A stretch of DNA of 64,000 nt from an uncultured Acidobacteriota bacterium (GCA_963836075.1 CAWIIB010000009.1:2016001-2080000), one strand, 5' to 3'; positions 1 through 10,402 are shown, counted from the stretch's first letter. Made by a program: numbers and translations. The notes: generated by a model from the sequence alone, not told the origin.

Positions 1-638
1 GGTGCGCCGCCTGCCGCGTGGATGACCGGCTCAACACCGGCACTGGAGAAAGAGAACTGGGAAACCAGGGCCGGTTCGGTCCCCATCAAGCTGTATGTTC
101 CGGACGCACCGGGCCGGAAGGGTTCAGTGTCCTCGACGGTCCAGATGGTCTCCAGGATGCAGGGCAGCTCCACGCCGTCGTGGAGCAGCATGGTTTCGCG
201 CAGGTGGCAATAGTCAGGCGCCCGGTCCACCCTGAAGGGCAGGGTCTCCACCACCGCGGTGGGGCCGGCATCGATCACCGCTTCGTCGGAGAGCCGCAGG
301 GTACGCAGCCGTTCCACGGTCAGCTCCTGACGGGCGCCGTCCCAGGGGATGCGCAGGTCGGCGAAATGGTCCAGGCCGTATTCGGTGTTTATGAGGACCG
401 ACCGTGTCGTGGTCTGTACCAGGCGGCCGTCCGCGGTCCACTTCGTTTCGAACCGCTGGAAGAGGATCACCGCGTCCTCGTTCTCCAGGTCGAATTTCCT
501 GTCCGCACGGTCGAGGAGGGCCTGGCTCTGAAAGCCGGGTTCTTTCTCGACGTGAACCGCCTGCGCGGTGATCGGCGACGACCCGGCGATCGTCATCAGC
601 AGAACCAGCAGTGAGGAGGTGATCATCGCTGTTCTCAT
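1..638 (-). CDS. DUF3857-like secreted protein, partner of the adjacent transglutaminase-like gene (runs off the window edge)
   Basis: Not in the ORF track. Manual translation from ATG 638, which overlaps the upstream stop as ATGA: MRTAMITSSLLVLLMTIAGSSPITAQ...DAVILFQRFETKWTADGRLVQTTTRSVLINTEYGLDHFADLRIPWDG... Signal peptide; frame open to position 1. Confidence 0.7.
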   Translation of the reverse strand, partial: MRTAMITSSLLVLLMTIAGSSPITAQAVHVEKEPGFQSQALLDRADRKFDLENEDAVILFQRFETKWTADGRLVQTTTRSVLINTEYGLDHFADLRIPWDGARQELTVERLRTLRLSDEAVIDAGPTAVVETLPFRVDRAPDYCHLRETMLLHDGVELPCILETIWTVEDTEPFRPGASGTYSLMGTEPALVSQFSFSSAGVEPVIHAAGGA

Positions 639-2701
639 TGTCCATCCTCCTCTCCCTCGAGGCGGTAGAGCGCCTCACCCCATTTCCGCGCTTCCCCCAT
701 GGCCTTGGCAAAACCGTCATACCCGTCGGGAGGAATTTGACGGCGCCGGACCTCGGCCCGCGAGCGGATGATCAGCGACCCGTCCTTCGTCTCGGCGCTG
801 CCCTGGAAGGCTCCGAAAGTCTCGTCAATTTCTTCCGACGTGGGCAGCTCGCTGGCCGCGAACCCGGAGGGGATGCGGATGGTCTCCTCCACGTCCAGAA
901 GCTGCGTGTAGTAAAGGAACACATCGGTCTCCCGTTTTTCGGCCCAGGTTGCCGATCCGGCACGAAAAAGGGTGCCCTCATGGATCAGTGCGGCCATCAT
1001 CGGGCTGTTGAACTCCAACCCGCCGGCTACCGGTGCGGCAAAGCCGGGGGCGCGGTACTCCACCTCGACCCACATGTCGCCCGAGAAATCGGTGGTGGCG
1101 CGGTGGCGCACCTTCACCCCTTCCACGCCGGGACAGGCCGGCGCCAGCAGCCGGGCGAACCGCTCGCCCATGCGGTCGATCGGTGTGTTGTGGACGATAC
1201 GGCGCAGGCGGCCGTCCAGGGCACCGGTGCCGTCGAAACGGATGGTTCCGGTCAGGGTGCCGTCGCCGGAGAGCGCCGCCCGGTGGCGGACCTTGAGCGG
1301 CGACTCCTCCGGCGGGCTGTACGCGATCTGCGCCAGAGGCTCCCCGTCGGGGGTGCCGACCAGGTAGTGCTGCTCGGTCTCCAGCTTGGACCAGATGTCG
1401 TTGTTGTACGGCACCCAGGTGGGGTCATACATGATGAAGCCGTCGCCCACCTTGCGGGCCACCACACAGTGGTTGAACTGGTCAGCCGGTACTTCTTCGA
1501 TGCGGCTGCCGGCCATGGTCATGGCACCGTACGTCGGGATGCCGGCGGCGCGCATCATGGTGATCAGCATGCCGGCGATATCCTTGCAGACCCCGCTGCG
1601 CTGCTCGTAGATCATGTCCCCGGGGTGCAGGGTGAAGCCTTCGCCCTTGCCCATGGTCTGGCCGCTGTAGCGGATGTTCTGGGCTACCCAGTGCAGCAAC
1701 GCCTCCGCTTTGTCGTCGTCGCTGCCGCCGGCCACCCCGGCCTCCTCGAGGATTTCGGCCACCGCAGCATCGATCTCGGCATTGGAGTCGAACTGGCTGT
1801 CATTGACCCCGAAGAACCAGCGGCTCTTCTTCTCCCAGCTCTCCACGGTGGCGATCACCACCTTGGCCAGGTAGTCGCTGCCGTCCGGCCCCCGCGGTTC
1901 GTGAATGGCGGGGGAGAGATCGAGCCCCCACCAACTGTAGACGTTTTCGTCCTCGGTGTAGCTGATGCTGGAGTAGAGCGCGCCGTTGTAAACCTCGGAG
2001 TGCAGGCGCTTGTCTGCGGGCAGGTGCAGCTCGTATCGTTTCTCCAGTGTCGGCACGTCGGACTGGAAGATGACGATGTCGAAATACTCGCCGGGCATGG
2101 GCGGGATGAACCGGTCGTCGTCGGGCTCGCCGCCGGCACCCCCGGCAGCGCCCCCCTCGCCGTCCAGCAGGGCATAGGTGAAGCCCTTGCGAAAGGTGTT
2201 GACCACGATGCCGTCACCGACCTTGAGCCGGGGCAATTGCAGCTGTTTGACCCGGTCGCTCCAGTAGATTGCCGCCTGGGGCGCGGGCAGATCGAGCACG
2301 GTGTCCACCGCCACCGCGATCCGCTCGCCGTCCCGTACCAGCTCCACCGAGCGCACGTCGACCCAGCTGCTCTGCGGGTCGTAGCCCCAGCGCAGGGCGG
2401 CGAGGTCCACACAGCCCCGGGGGGTCAACACCTTGTAGACCACGGTCGCCTCGGTTTCGGTGACCCCGCGCGAATCCACCCGGTTCACCGTCTCGTCGAA
2501 GACGATCAGGTGGTCGAAGCCGGGATGGTCGTCGGCGCCGCCGGCGGCTTCCAGCCGCGATTCGATGGTGGCCGGCGGCTTGTCGCCGGGAGCCTGTCCC
2601 TGGATCGCCGGTGCGAAGAGCAGAAGGAGAAGGACCGGGAGCAGCAGCCGGACCATCGTCGGGGCTGTGGATGAGAAAATCAATCGACTGAACGGAATCA
2701 T
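635..2701 (-). CDS. DUF3857 plus transglutaminase-like domain protein
   Basis: Signal peptide; GVCKD, FNHC and YDPT give a Cys-His-Asp transglutaminase-like triad. Start uncertain (2701 or 2656; ORF extends to 2776). Confidence 0.8.
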   Translation of the reverse strand: MIPFSRLIFSSTAPTMVRLLLPVLLLLLFAPAIQGQAPGDKPPATIESRLEAAGGADDHPGFDHLIVFDETVNRVDSRGVTETEATVVYKVLTPRGCVDLAALRWGYDPQSSWVDVRSVELVRDGERIAVAVDTVLDLPAPQAAIYWSDRVKQLQLPRLKVGDGIVVNTFRKGFTYALLDGEGGAAGGAGGEPDDDRFIPPMPGEYFDIVIFQSDVPTLEKRYELHLPADKRLHSEVYNGALYSSISYTEDENVYSWWGLDLSPAIHEPRGPDGSDYLAKVVIATVESWEKKSRWFFGVNDSQFDSNAEIDAAVAEILEEAGVAGGSDDDKAEALLHWVAQNIRYSGQTMGKGEGFTLHPGDMIYEQRSGVCKDIAGMLITMMRAAGIPTYGAMTMAGSRIEEVPADQFNHCVVARKVGDGFIMYDPTWVPYNNDIWSKLETEQHYLVGTPDGEPLAQIAYSPPEESPLKVRHRAALSGDGTLTGTIRFDGTGALDGRLRRIVHNTPIDRMGERFARLLAPACPGVEGVKVRHRATTDFSGDMWVEVEYRAPGFAAPVAGGLEFNSPMMAALIHEGTLFRAGSATWAEKRETDVFLYYTQLLDVEETIRIPSGFAASELPTSEEIDETFGAFQGSAETKDGSLIIRSRAEVRRRQIPPDGYDGFAKAMGEARKWGEALYRLEGEEDGQ

Positions 2702-2956
2702 GCGGATACTCCATTCTGGTGATTCGGAAACGAAATTGGACAACGGATATGGAACCATTATAGTCCGTGACGGCATGGTTCGTCGATTCTGGTGCGGGGT
2801 GGCTGGGTCCGGGCAGGAATATGGAGAGGTGTAACTTCCTGTGATAAACTGTCATCACCATTAGCGTTTTATTATCAATGTTTACAGCTGATTCTGAAGA
2901 TGATTCTCGGAATCGGGGGTTCAGGTGGCCACGGCCGGCCTGGAGGGGAGTGTGAC

Positions 2957-5014
2957 GTGACTAATCGTTCCGCGAGTGTTTCCCCGCGATTGTCCGCAGT
3001 GGTTCTGCTGATTGCAGCCTTATCCTGTTCAATGCCGGCATTGTCCGCATCCGGCCCGGTCTATGACGGACCCGAGCTGGACTACCAGCCGTCGATCATC
3101 CGCACGCTGGACGGCATGCGGCTGATGATGATTTTCGAGAGACTGGATACCGGTGATTTTTTTGGCGACCTGCTGGTGACCTGGTCCGATGACAACGGCG
3201 CGACCTGGGATACGCCCGCACCGGCCGTGGCGACGATCTTTAACGAGCGGCACCCGGCCCTGCTCCAGCTGGGTGCCGACGAATACGTGCTGTTCTACCT
3301 GCTGGACGAGACCAGTTCCAACGACTTTCGCATCTACCGGGCCACCAGCTCCAACGGCACATTCTGGACGGAACAGGGTGCCGTGGACCTGGGATGGGAC
3401 ACACCGGGCGAAATCAATCCCAGTGTGATCTCGGAGGGCGGCGGCGTGCTGACCATGACCTACCACCGCCTCTCCGGCCCGGCCTATATCGCCCGTTCCA
3501 CCGACAGCGGTGTCACCTGGGACCAGTTGCAGACCCGGGTCAGCGACGGCCAGGGTGCCCTGCCCCGGCTGGCCCGGCGGGAGAGCGACGGCCGGTACCT
3601 GGTGACCTGGCAGGTGGGGGGCAGCGACCTCGACCTCTTCGCCCGCTGCAGTAATGATATATACGACTGGAGCAGCGAGGCCATCCCGCTCTCCACCGAG
3701 ATCAACACCCACGATTCCCAGCCCATCGTGCTGGAGGACGGTTCCTTTTTCGTGGCCTATGCCCGGCAGGCCGGTTCGGTGTTCGACCTCTATTACCAGA
3801 CCAGCGCCAATTGTCTGATCTGGTCCGAGCCGCTGCGGGTGACCAGCGACACCCAGCACTACGATACCCAGCCCCACCCGCTGCTCCAGGGCACTCCCGG
3901 TCGGGTGATCCTCGCCTGGTCCCACCAGCAGAGCTCGAGCGCCTATGTCGATCATGATGTCTGGGTGAACAACGACCTGGAGGTTGAACTGCCGACGCAG
4001 TTCCAGCCCTTGCTGGTCACCGGCCCGGGGCCGGGCCAGGCCAACCCGACGCTGGTGCGGCTCTACATCCCCGACAATCCGGGAATCGTTCTCAGGGAGT
4101 GGGAGGCCTACGGCGTTTCCATGTATGGCGTGAACGTGGCCTGCGGCAACCTGGTGTCGACGGAGTCGGACGAGATCATCACCGGCGCCGGGCCGGGCGA
4201 GGTTTTTGGCCCCCACGTCCGCTCCTTCTGCGTGTCCGGCGCTCCCACTGCCGGCGTCAGCTTCCTCGCTTACGGAACGAACAAGTTCGGGGTGAACGTG
4301 GCCGCCGGCGACCTGGACAACGACGGGTGGGACGAGATCGTCAGCGGAGCCGGCCCGGGGGCGGTGTTCGGGCCCCACGTGCGCGGCTGGAACGTGGATA
4401 ACGGCACGGCAACGGCGATTTCCGGGGTCAGCTACTTTGCCTACGGCACGCTCAAGTGGGGAGTGAACGTGTCCTGCGGTGACATCGACGGTGACGGTTA
4501 CGATGAGATCGTCAGCGGCGCCGGCCCGGGGGCGGTGTTCGGGCCCCATGTCCGCGGCTGGAACGTGGACGGCGGGGCAGCCGCGGCGATCCCCGGTGTC
4601 AGCTACTTCGCTTACGGCACGCTGAAATACGGGGTCAACGTGGCTTGTGGTGATGTGGACGGCGACGGCATGGACGAGATCGTCACCGGTGCCGGACCGG
4701 GGGTCGTCTTTTCGGCCCACGTTCGCGGCTGGAACTACGACGGCGCATCGCTGACCGAGCTGTCCGGCATCAACATGCTGGCCTACCCCGCGGACTGGCG
4801 CTACGGTGTCCGGGTGGCCGTCGTCGACCTGGACGAGGACGGTGACTGCGACATCCTCACCGTGCCCGGCCCGTCACCCGAGCTGCCGGCGAACATTCGC
4901 GGCTGGCGGGTGGAGAACGGGGCCATCGAGGACGCCATCAGCGGTCTGGACTTCAATGCATACGAGGATCTGGGCCTGCTCCATGGCGGGTCGGTAACGG
5001 CAGGGCTGTTCTGA
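2957..5014 (+). CDS. Secreted BNR/Asp-box (sialidase-like) propeller protein with C-terminal FG-GAP-like repeat module
   Basis: Asp-boxes SDDNGATW, SSNGTFW, STDSGVTW; C-terminal GVNVxxGDxDGDGxDEIxxGAGPG repeats; GTG 2957 follows a GGAGGGGAG RBS. Confidence 0.75.
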   Translation: MTNRSASVSPRLSAVVLLIAALSCSMPALSASGPVYDGPELDYQPSIIRTLDGMRLMMIFERLDTGDFFGDLLVTWSDDNGATWDTPAPAVATIFNERHPALLQLGADEYVLFYLLDETSSNDFRIYRATSSNGTFWTEQGAVDLGWDTPGEINPSVISEGGGVLTMTYHRLSGPAYIARSTDSGVTWDQLQTRVSDGQGALPRLARRESDGRYLVTWQVGGSDLDLFARCSNDIYDWSSEAIPLSTEINTHDSQPIVLEDGSFFVAYARQAGSVFDLYYQTSANCLIWSEPLRVTSDTQHYDTQPHPLLQGTPGRVILAWSHQQSSSAYVDHDVWVNNDLEVELPTQFQPLLVTGPGPGQANPTLVRLYIPDNPGIVLREWEAYGVSMYGVNVACGNLVSTESDEIITGAGPGEVFGPHVRSFCVSGAPTAGVSFLAYGTNKFGVNVAAGDLDNDGWDEIVSGAGPGAVFGPHVRGWNVDNGTATAISGVSYFAYGTLKWGVNVSCGDIDGDGYDEIVSGAGPGAVFGPHVRGWNVDGGAAAAIPGVSYFAYGTLKYGVNVACGDVDGDGMDEIVTGAGPGVVFSAHVRGWNYDGASLTELSGINMLAYPADWRYGVRVAVVDLDEDGDCDILTVPGPSPELPANIRGWRVENGAIEDAISGLDFNAYEDLGLLHGGSVTAGLF

Positions 5015-5032
5015 GTTCAAAGCAATTTGGTG

Positions 5033-5389
5033 TCAACCCGCACCAGCGGCCTGTTCGTTGATATGTCCGATCACCTTGCGCACGAACCCGCACTCGCATG
5101 CGGCGGGGCAGGCCCGCCCGCTGGCTGCGGAAAGGCATTCCGGGGCAGCCGCCTCGTAATCGTCGCGGCTCTCGTAGATCCTGTCACCGTGCAGGTCGGT
5201 GAACAGCTTGGCCGAGAGGGCCAGTGTGGTGCCGCAGGGATGGTGGTTGAAGAGGAAGAGGCCCAGCACTCCATCGTGGACAAAGGACTGGTAGCCGATG
5301 AACTCCAGGTTCGGGTCGGCGAGAAACTCGCCCCGATTGGACCAGGGGTGGTCGCAGAATTTACAGATCTTGATCGGGCTTTCGGCCAT
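5033..5389 (-). CDS. Small Cys-rich hypothetical protein, possible metal binding
   Basis: CKFC, NHHPC and CPAACEC motifs; GGAGG before ATG 5389. Confidence 0.6.
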   Translation of the reverse strand: MAESPIKICKFCDHPWSNRGEFLADPNLEFIGYQSFVHDGVLGLFLFNHHPCGTTLALSAKLFTDLHGDRIYESRDDYEAAAPECLSAASGRACPAACECGFVRKVIGHINEQAAGAG

Positions 5390-5481
5390 GGGACCTCCAA
5401 CGAAAATGTCCATCCTCAGTCCATCCCATTGTATACCGGTTCACTGTCCTGAAGTCGAGAGCGGCGGCGCCACGGCGGGTA

Positions 5482-6312
5482 TTACGACCGGCGGCAGGTG
5501 AGGATCACATTGTAGCCCAGCCGGGTGCCCAGGCTGCCGCGGTAGTAACGGATCACCGGCCGCAGAATCCGGCCCAGCTGGTCGGGGAAGAGGGTGGAGC
5601 GGATCTCCTGTACCGGCAGCCCGGCGGCGGCCAGTTTTTTCTTCAGCCGCCTGATACTGCTCACATCGCGGTTGCGGTAAAACGTGTGGGCCCTGCGCGG
5701 AGCCATCCTGCCCCGGCGCCAGTAGCCGAAGCGCCAGATGAAACCTGTCAGGTGGTAGTTCCAGAGGGTGAAGGTGAATGTGCCGCCGGGGCGCAGCACC
5801 CGGGCCACCTCGGGGAAGGAGCGGTCCTGGTCGGTGTAGCGCATGCTGGCCCAGCCGCTGATCACCTGGTCAAAACTCTGGTCGCCAAAGGGGAGATCCT
5901 CGCCGGCAGCAGTCAGTGCGGCAAAACCGGCCTCCCGGGCCGCGGCGGTCATGGCCGGTGCGGGATCGATGCCCACAAGGGAACGGCAGTGGTTGCTGAC
6001 CAGCTGCATCAGCCGTCCGTTTCCGCAGCCCACCTCCAGCACGTCGCCGTGGCAGCTTTCGATCAGCGGATTGTCGATCAGGGGGAACCCGCAGGCCGGC
6101 GCGAACGTGGCATAGGTGGTGGCAACATCGTCCCATTCGGCAGCGGCCGGAAGTTCCTCGCGCAGGAAAAGTGGCCAGCCGTTGTGCAGCGGGAACGTAG
6201 CGCCGCATTCTCCGCAGCCGGCTGCTGCCCGGTCGGGCCAGTCCAGCGCGTCTGCCTTGCACAGGGGGCAGGCCAGGATTTCCGGGCGCTGGGATTGCTC
6301 CCGCAGGGACAT
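5482..6312 (-). CDS. Class I SAM-dependent methyltransferase with N-terminal Trm112-like Zn ribbon
   Basis: LACPLC...CGEC; VLEVGCGNG; LPFGDQSFD; RVLRPGG. Confidence 0.85.
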   Translation of the reverse strand: MSLREQSQRPEILACPLCKADALDWPDRAAAGCGECGATFPLHNGWPLFLREELPAAAEWDDVATTYATFAPACGFPLIDNPLIESCHGDVLEVGCGNGRLMQLVSNHCRSLVGIDPAPAMTAAAREAGFAALTAAGEDLPFGDQSFDQVISGWASMRYTDQDRSFPEVARVLRPGGTFTFTLWNYHLTGFIWRFGYWRRGRMAPRRAHTFYRNRDVSSIRRLKKKLAAAGLPVQEIRSTLFPDQLGRILRPVIRYYRGSLGTRLGYNVILTCRRS

Positions 6313-6315
6313 GGT

Positions 6316-8154
6316 CTACTTTTTCCGGGAAGCCCGCTTCCTCTCGATCTCGGTGAGCAGGATCTTCCGCATGCGGATGTTCTTCGGGGTGATCTCCACC
6401 AGCTCGTCGTCGGCGATGTGCTCCAGGGCGTACTCCAGGGTCATCTCCCGTGGTGGTACGAGCTGGATCGCCTCGTCCGAACCGGCGGCGCGGATGTTGG
6501 TCAGCTTCTTGCCCTTGATGCAGTTGACCGTCAGGTCCATGCCCTTGTTGTTCACCCCGATGATCATCCCTTCGTAGAGCTCGTCTCCCGGACGGATGTA
6601 TATTTCGCCCCGGGCCTGCAGCCCCCAGATGGCGAAGCCCACCGCCTTCCCCGGGGTCATGGAGATCATCACCCCGGTCTGGCGCCTGGGCAGGTCGCCC
6701 TTGTGCTTCTGGTACTGGAAGAAGTTGTGATACATGATCGCCGTGCCGTGGGTCATGGTCAGCAGCTCGTTGCGGAATCCGATCAGTGCCCGCGAGGCAA
6801 TGGTAAACTCCAGACGGATGGTGCCCACCGCACTCATGATGATGTTCCCCATTTCGCCCTTACGCTCGCCGATGGCCTGCATCACCGGCCCCTGGTACTC
6901 GGGGTCGACCTCGATCACCACCTCTTCCACCGGCTCCAGCAGGCCGTGGTCAACCTCCTTGAGGATCACCTCGGGGCGGGAGACCTCCAGCTCGTAGCCC
7001 TCGCGGCGCATGGTTTCGATGAGGATCGAGAGGTGCAGCTCGCCGCGGCCCGACACCTTGAACCGGTCACCGCTCTCGGTCTCCTCCACCCGCACCCCGA
7101 CATTGATCATCGCCTCGTGCATCAGCCGCTCGCGGATGTGGCGCGAGGTGAGGAAGCGGCCGCCGTCCTGGCCGGCCAGCGGGCTGGTGCTGTGGGAGAA
7201 GTTCATCGAGATTGTCGGTTCGTCGATCTTGACCATCGGCAGCAGCTCGGGGTTCTCCGGTGCGGCCAGGGTTGAACCCACCTTGGCGTTCTCGAACCCG
7301 GCGAATGAGACGATCTCACCGGCCATGGCCGAATCCGCCTCCACCCGCACCAGGCCTTTGTACTTGAGGATCTTGGTCAGCCGTCCCCGCTCGTGGTGCC
7401 CGTCCCGCCGGACCAGAACCAGCGATTCGCCCGTTTTGACCCTGCCGTGAACGATCCGCCCCACGGCGATACGGCCGATGTAGTTGTCGTACTCCAGCAT
7501 GGTCACCAGCATCTGGAACGGCTTCTCCGGATCGCCCACCGGCGGCAGTACCCGGCGCAGCATGGTATTGAGCAAGGGGGCCATATCGTCGCTCTGGCCG
7601 TCGCTCTCCAGCATGGCGTAGCCGTCCTTGGCCGAGGCGAAGACGATGGGGAAGTCCAGTTGCTCGTCGGTGGCGTTCAGTTCGCAGAAGAGGTCGAAGG
7701 TCATGTCGGCCACTTCGTCGGGCCGGGCGCCGGGCCGGTCGATCTTGTTGATCACCACGATCGGCTTGAGGTGCAGTTCCAGCGATTTTTTGAGCACGAA
7801 CTTGGTTTGCGGCATCGGCCCTTCAAAGGCGTCCACCAGCAGCAGCACGCCGTCCACCATCTTCAGTATCCGCTCCACCTCGCTGCCGAAGTCGGCGTGG
7901 CCCGGGGTGTCGACGATATTGAACAGGGTGTCCTTCCATTTGAAGGAGGCGTTCTTGGAGAAGATGGTGATCCCCCGTTCCTTCTCCAGGGGGTTGGAGT
8001 CCATGATCGCGATTTCGCCCTTGCGGAAGTCGTGAGCGCCGGTCTGGCGGAGCAAGGCGTCCACCAGGGTGGTCTTGCCGTGATCGACGTGGGCGATGAT
8101 CGCCACGTTGCGAATTTCCCTGATCCGCTTTTGTCTTTCCTGCTGGCCGGACAT
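6316..8154 (-). CDS. typA: Translational GTPase TypA/BipA
   Basis: IAHVDHGKTT, ERGITI, DTPGHADF, NKID, GRGELHLSILIETMRREGYE, ELVEITPKNIRMRK. Confidence 0.97.
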   Translation of the reverse strand: MSGQQERQKRIREIRNVAIIAHVDHGKTTLVDALLRQTGAHDFRKGEIAIMDSNPLEKERGITIFSKNASFKWKDTLFNIVDTPGHADFGSEVERILKMVDGVLLLVDAFEGPMPQTKFVLKKSLELHLKPIVVINKIDRPGARPDEVADMTFDLFCELNATDEQLDFPIVFASAKDGYAMLESDGQSDDMAPLLNTMLRRVLPPVGDPEKPFQMLVTMLEYDNYIGRIAVGRIVHGRVKTGESLVLVRRDGHHERGRLTKILKYKGLVRVEADSAMAGEIVSFAGFENAKVGSTLAAPENPELLPMVKIDEPTISMNFSHSTSPLAGQDGGRFLTSRHIRERLMHEAMINVGVRVEETESGDRFKVSGRGELHLSILIETMRREGYELEVSRPEVILKEVDHGLLEPVEEVVIEVDPEYQGPVMQAIGERKGEMGNIIMSAVGTIRLEFTIASRALIGFRNELLTMTHGTAIMYHNFFQYQKHKGDLPRRQTGVMISMTPGKAVGFAIWGLQARGEIYIRPGDELYEGMIIGVNNKGMDLTVNCIKGKKLTNIRAAGSDEAIQLVPPREMTLEYALEHIADDELVEITPKNIRMRKILLTEIERKRASRKK

Positions 8155-8272
8155 GCTGTCCCCTTTGTTGCTCGTTAATTGACCGCCGGGCGGCTGGCGC
8201 GAGCCGAGAGACTACACCCTGGGGGCTGGTGAAGCAACAGCAAAATTTCGGGAGATCAACTGGCCACCAGGG

Positions 8273-8551
8273 TTATTCGCCCCCGAATACCACCACCCAG
8301 GGGCGCACCTGCCACCTGGCGATCAACCCGTTACGCACATAGGGGTCGTTCTCGGCAAAGGCCTCGGCCGTTTCCGGGCCCGCACCGCGAAAGACGAGCA
8401 GGGCGCTGTCCGCCGGCTCGTCCAGGGCCCCGGCCATCACCAGCTCGCCCCGCTCGTATGCCTCGGTGGCGTAAGCCAGGTGCTGGTCCCGGTAGGGCGC
8501 CCGTTTTTCCACGTAGTTTTCAACCGTGTCGTAGAACAGGACGTAGTGCAT
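8273..8551 (-). CDS. YciI-like protein
   Basis: RAPYRDQHL, MAGAL, FAENDPYV...WQVRPW. Confidence 0.9.
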   Translation of the reverse strand: MHYVLFYDTVENYVEKRAPYRDQHLAYATEAYERGELVMAGALDEPADSALLVFRGAGPETAEAFAENDPYVRNGLIARWQVRPWVVVFGGE

Positions 8552-8562
8552 GCGTTCCTCCG

Positions 8563-9426
8563 CTACTTCCGAATAAAGCTGCCGTCGCGCAGGTCCCGGA
8601 GCGCCTGCTCGATCTCCTCCCGGGTGTTCATCACGAAGGGTCCGTGCCGGGCCACCGGTTCGCCAAGCGGCTTTCCGGCAAGCAGCAGGAGGCGGGCGCC
8701 TTGATCCCCCGCGATGATCCGTACCCGCTCACCATCGGTAAACGAGACAAACCCCCTGCTGTTCAGCGCTGTTCCGCCGCCATCCTCATTCACGCCGCAA
8801 GCGGCCCGGCCTTCGAAAACATAGGCCAGCACGGTGTGCCCCAACGGTGTGGGGTGAGTGAAATCGATCCCCCCGGGCAGGGTCACATCGAGGTAGACTG
8901 GTTGGGCGGCGATCCCGGTAACCGGGCCGGCGGTGCCCTGCACGTCTCCGGCGATCACCCGGACCTCGATACCACCGCTCCCGCGCACCACAGGGATTTC
9001 TCCGGCGGTGATGTCCTGGTAGCGGGGCGGAGACATTTTCTGTCTGGCCGGGAGGTTGACCCAGAGCTGGAAGCCGGTCATCCCGCCCTCCACCGCCTGG
9101 GGCATTTCCTCGTGCATGATTCCGCTGCCCGACGTCATCCACTGGGCGTCCCCTGGACCGATGGTGCCCTTGTTGCCGATGGAATCGCCGTGTCTGATCT
9201 TGCCTTTGAGCAGGTAGGTCACCGTCTCGATCCCGCGGTGCGGATGCCAGGGAAAGCCGCGGACGAAGTCTTCGGGCTCATCGCCGCTGAAATCGTCGAA
9301 AAGGAGGAAGGGATCGAGGTAGTCCACCTCGCCCCAGGGGAAGCTGCGGTGCAGCCGGACCCCGGCGCCCTCCATCACCTCCGCCGGCGTGATCACTCTC
9401 GACACAGCGCGCCAGGTGTTACTCAT
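8563..9426 (-). CDS. Pirin family protein
   Basis: LDPFLLFD, GFPWHPHRGIETVTY, QWMTSGSGIMHEEMP, GPFVMNT. Confidence 0.95.
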   Translation of the reverse strand: MSNTWRAVSRVITPAEVMEGAGVRLHRSFPWGEVDYLDPFLLFDDFSGDEPEDFVRGFPWHPHRGIETVTYLLKGKIRHGDSIGNKGTIGPGDAQWMTSGSGIMHEEMPQAVEGGMTGFQLWVNLPARQKMSPPRYQDITAGEIPVVRGSGGIEVRVIAGDVQGTAGPVTGIAAQPVYLDVTLPGGIDFTHPTPLGHTVLAYVFEGRAACGVNEDGGGTALNSRGFVSFTDGERVRIIAGDQGARLLLLAGKPLGEPVARHGPFVMNTREEIEQALRDLRDGSFIRK

Positions 9427-9808
9427 CGGTTTTCTCCATTGCCTTCTGGTAGAGCGCGGAGCACGACCCGGAAGGGTCCCGGATCACGCAGTAGAGGTCC
9501 CGGCCCATTGCTTTTGGCGGGACCACCAGTTCGCCCCCCAGTTCGAGACAGCGCGCCACACTCTGGTCGAGATCCTCCACGGTGATATAGATCAGCCAGC
9601 CCGGAGGGAATGTTGCGTTGCCCCCCTCCCTGTGGCAGATGCCGGCCACCGGTCCGTCGCCGTCCGGCGGGCTCATGCAGTAGTCCTGATAACCGCCGTC
9701 CATTTCCACATCTTCCGCCACCCAGCCGGCGACCGAGCGGTAGAAGTCGCGGATCTCCCCGGCGTTCTCCACGGTGAGGTCGATCCAGCCGATACTGCCG
9801 ATTTTCAT
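9419..9808 (-). CDS. VOC/glyoxalase family protein
   Basis: WIDLTV...RDFY...GW; WLIYITVEDLD; IRDPSG. Confidence 0.88.
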   Translation of the reverse strand: MKIGSIGWIDLTVENAGEIRDFYRSVAGWVAEDVEMDGGYQDYCMSPPDGDGPVAGICHREGGNATFPPGWLIYITVEDLDQSVARCLELGGELVVPPKAMGRDLYCVIRDPSGSCSALYQKAMEKTDE

Positions 9809-9838
9809 GCGTTACCGCCTTTCCCGGTGGCTGCGCCG

Positions 9839-10402
9839 TCAGGCAGGCCAGAGCCAGCCGAAGGTGCCGGCGGTGAAGGCCGCGTAGATCAGGCCGTCGA
9901 ACATCGATTTCAGGGTGGTGCCCCAGGAGCGCTTGTACCAGATGGAGTTCTGCATCAGGGCCAGGCTGTAGCCGGCAAAGGCCGCGGCGCCCACAAAGCG
10001 AAAGATGCTCAAGTACTGGTGAGCTCCGGGCCCCAGGGCCCGGCTGGCGATATAGGCGGCAAAGAAGCTCACCACGATGCTGTAGCAGAACCAGAGCACC
10101 ATGCTGGCCGCCATTTTGGGCGGTCCGTTCTCCAGCACCGTCATCAACACCACCGGGCCCTTCTCGAACCGTTCCTTCCACTCCGGTTTTTCCAGGTCCT
10201 TGAAGTTCTTGCAGTGCGGCAGGAAATAGTCCCCGGTCGGGATCTTGAACGGGCGCAGGGCCTCCTGAACGTCATCCTGGTTCTCCACCCCGCGGAAGTC
10301 CGATTTGTGGTAGGGCAGCAGCATGTGGATGACGGTGCTGATCACGAAGACGATCACTGCCGAGAGCAGGATCGGAAGCCAGAGGGAAAGCAGGGGTACC
10401 AT
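9839..10402 (-). CDS. Conserved hypothetical membrane protein (about 4 TM)
   Basis: Hydrophobic segments; GGAGG RBS before ATG; host-like codon usage. Confidence 0.75.
   Translation of the reverse strand: MVPLLSLWLPILLSAVIVFVISTVIHMLLPYHKSDFRGVENQDDVQEALRPFKIPTGDYFLPHCKNFKDLEKPEWKERFEKGPVVLMTVLENGPPKMAASMVLWFCYSIVVSFFAAYIASRALGPGAHQYLSIFRFVGAAAFAGYSLALMQNSIWYKRSWGTTLKSMFDGLIYAAFTAGTFGWLWPA

Noticed and set aside
4120-4740. Near-identical ~165-nt tandem DNA repeats as a CRISPR array or DGR template/variable pair
   Set aside because: They are in-frame protein repeats; no spacers, cas genes or reverse transcriptase
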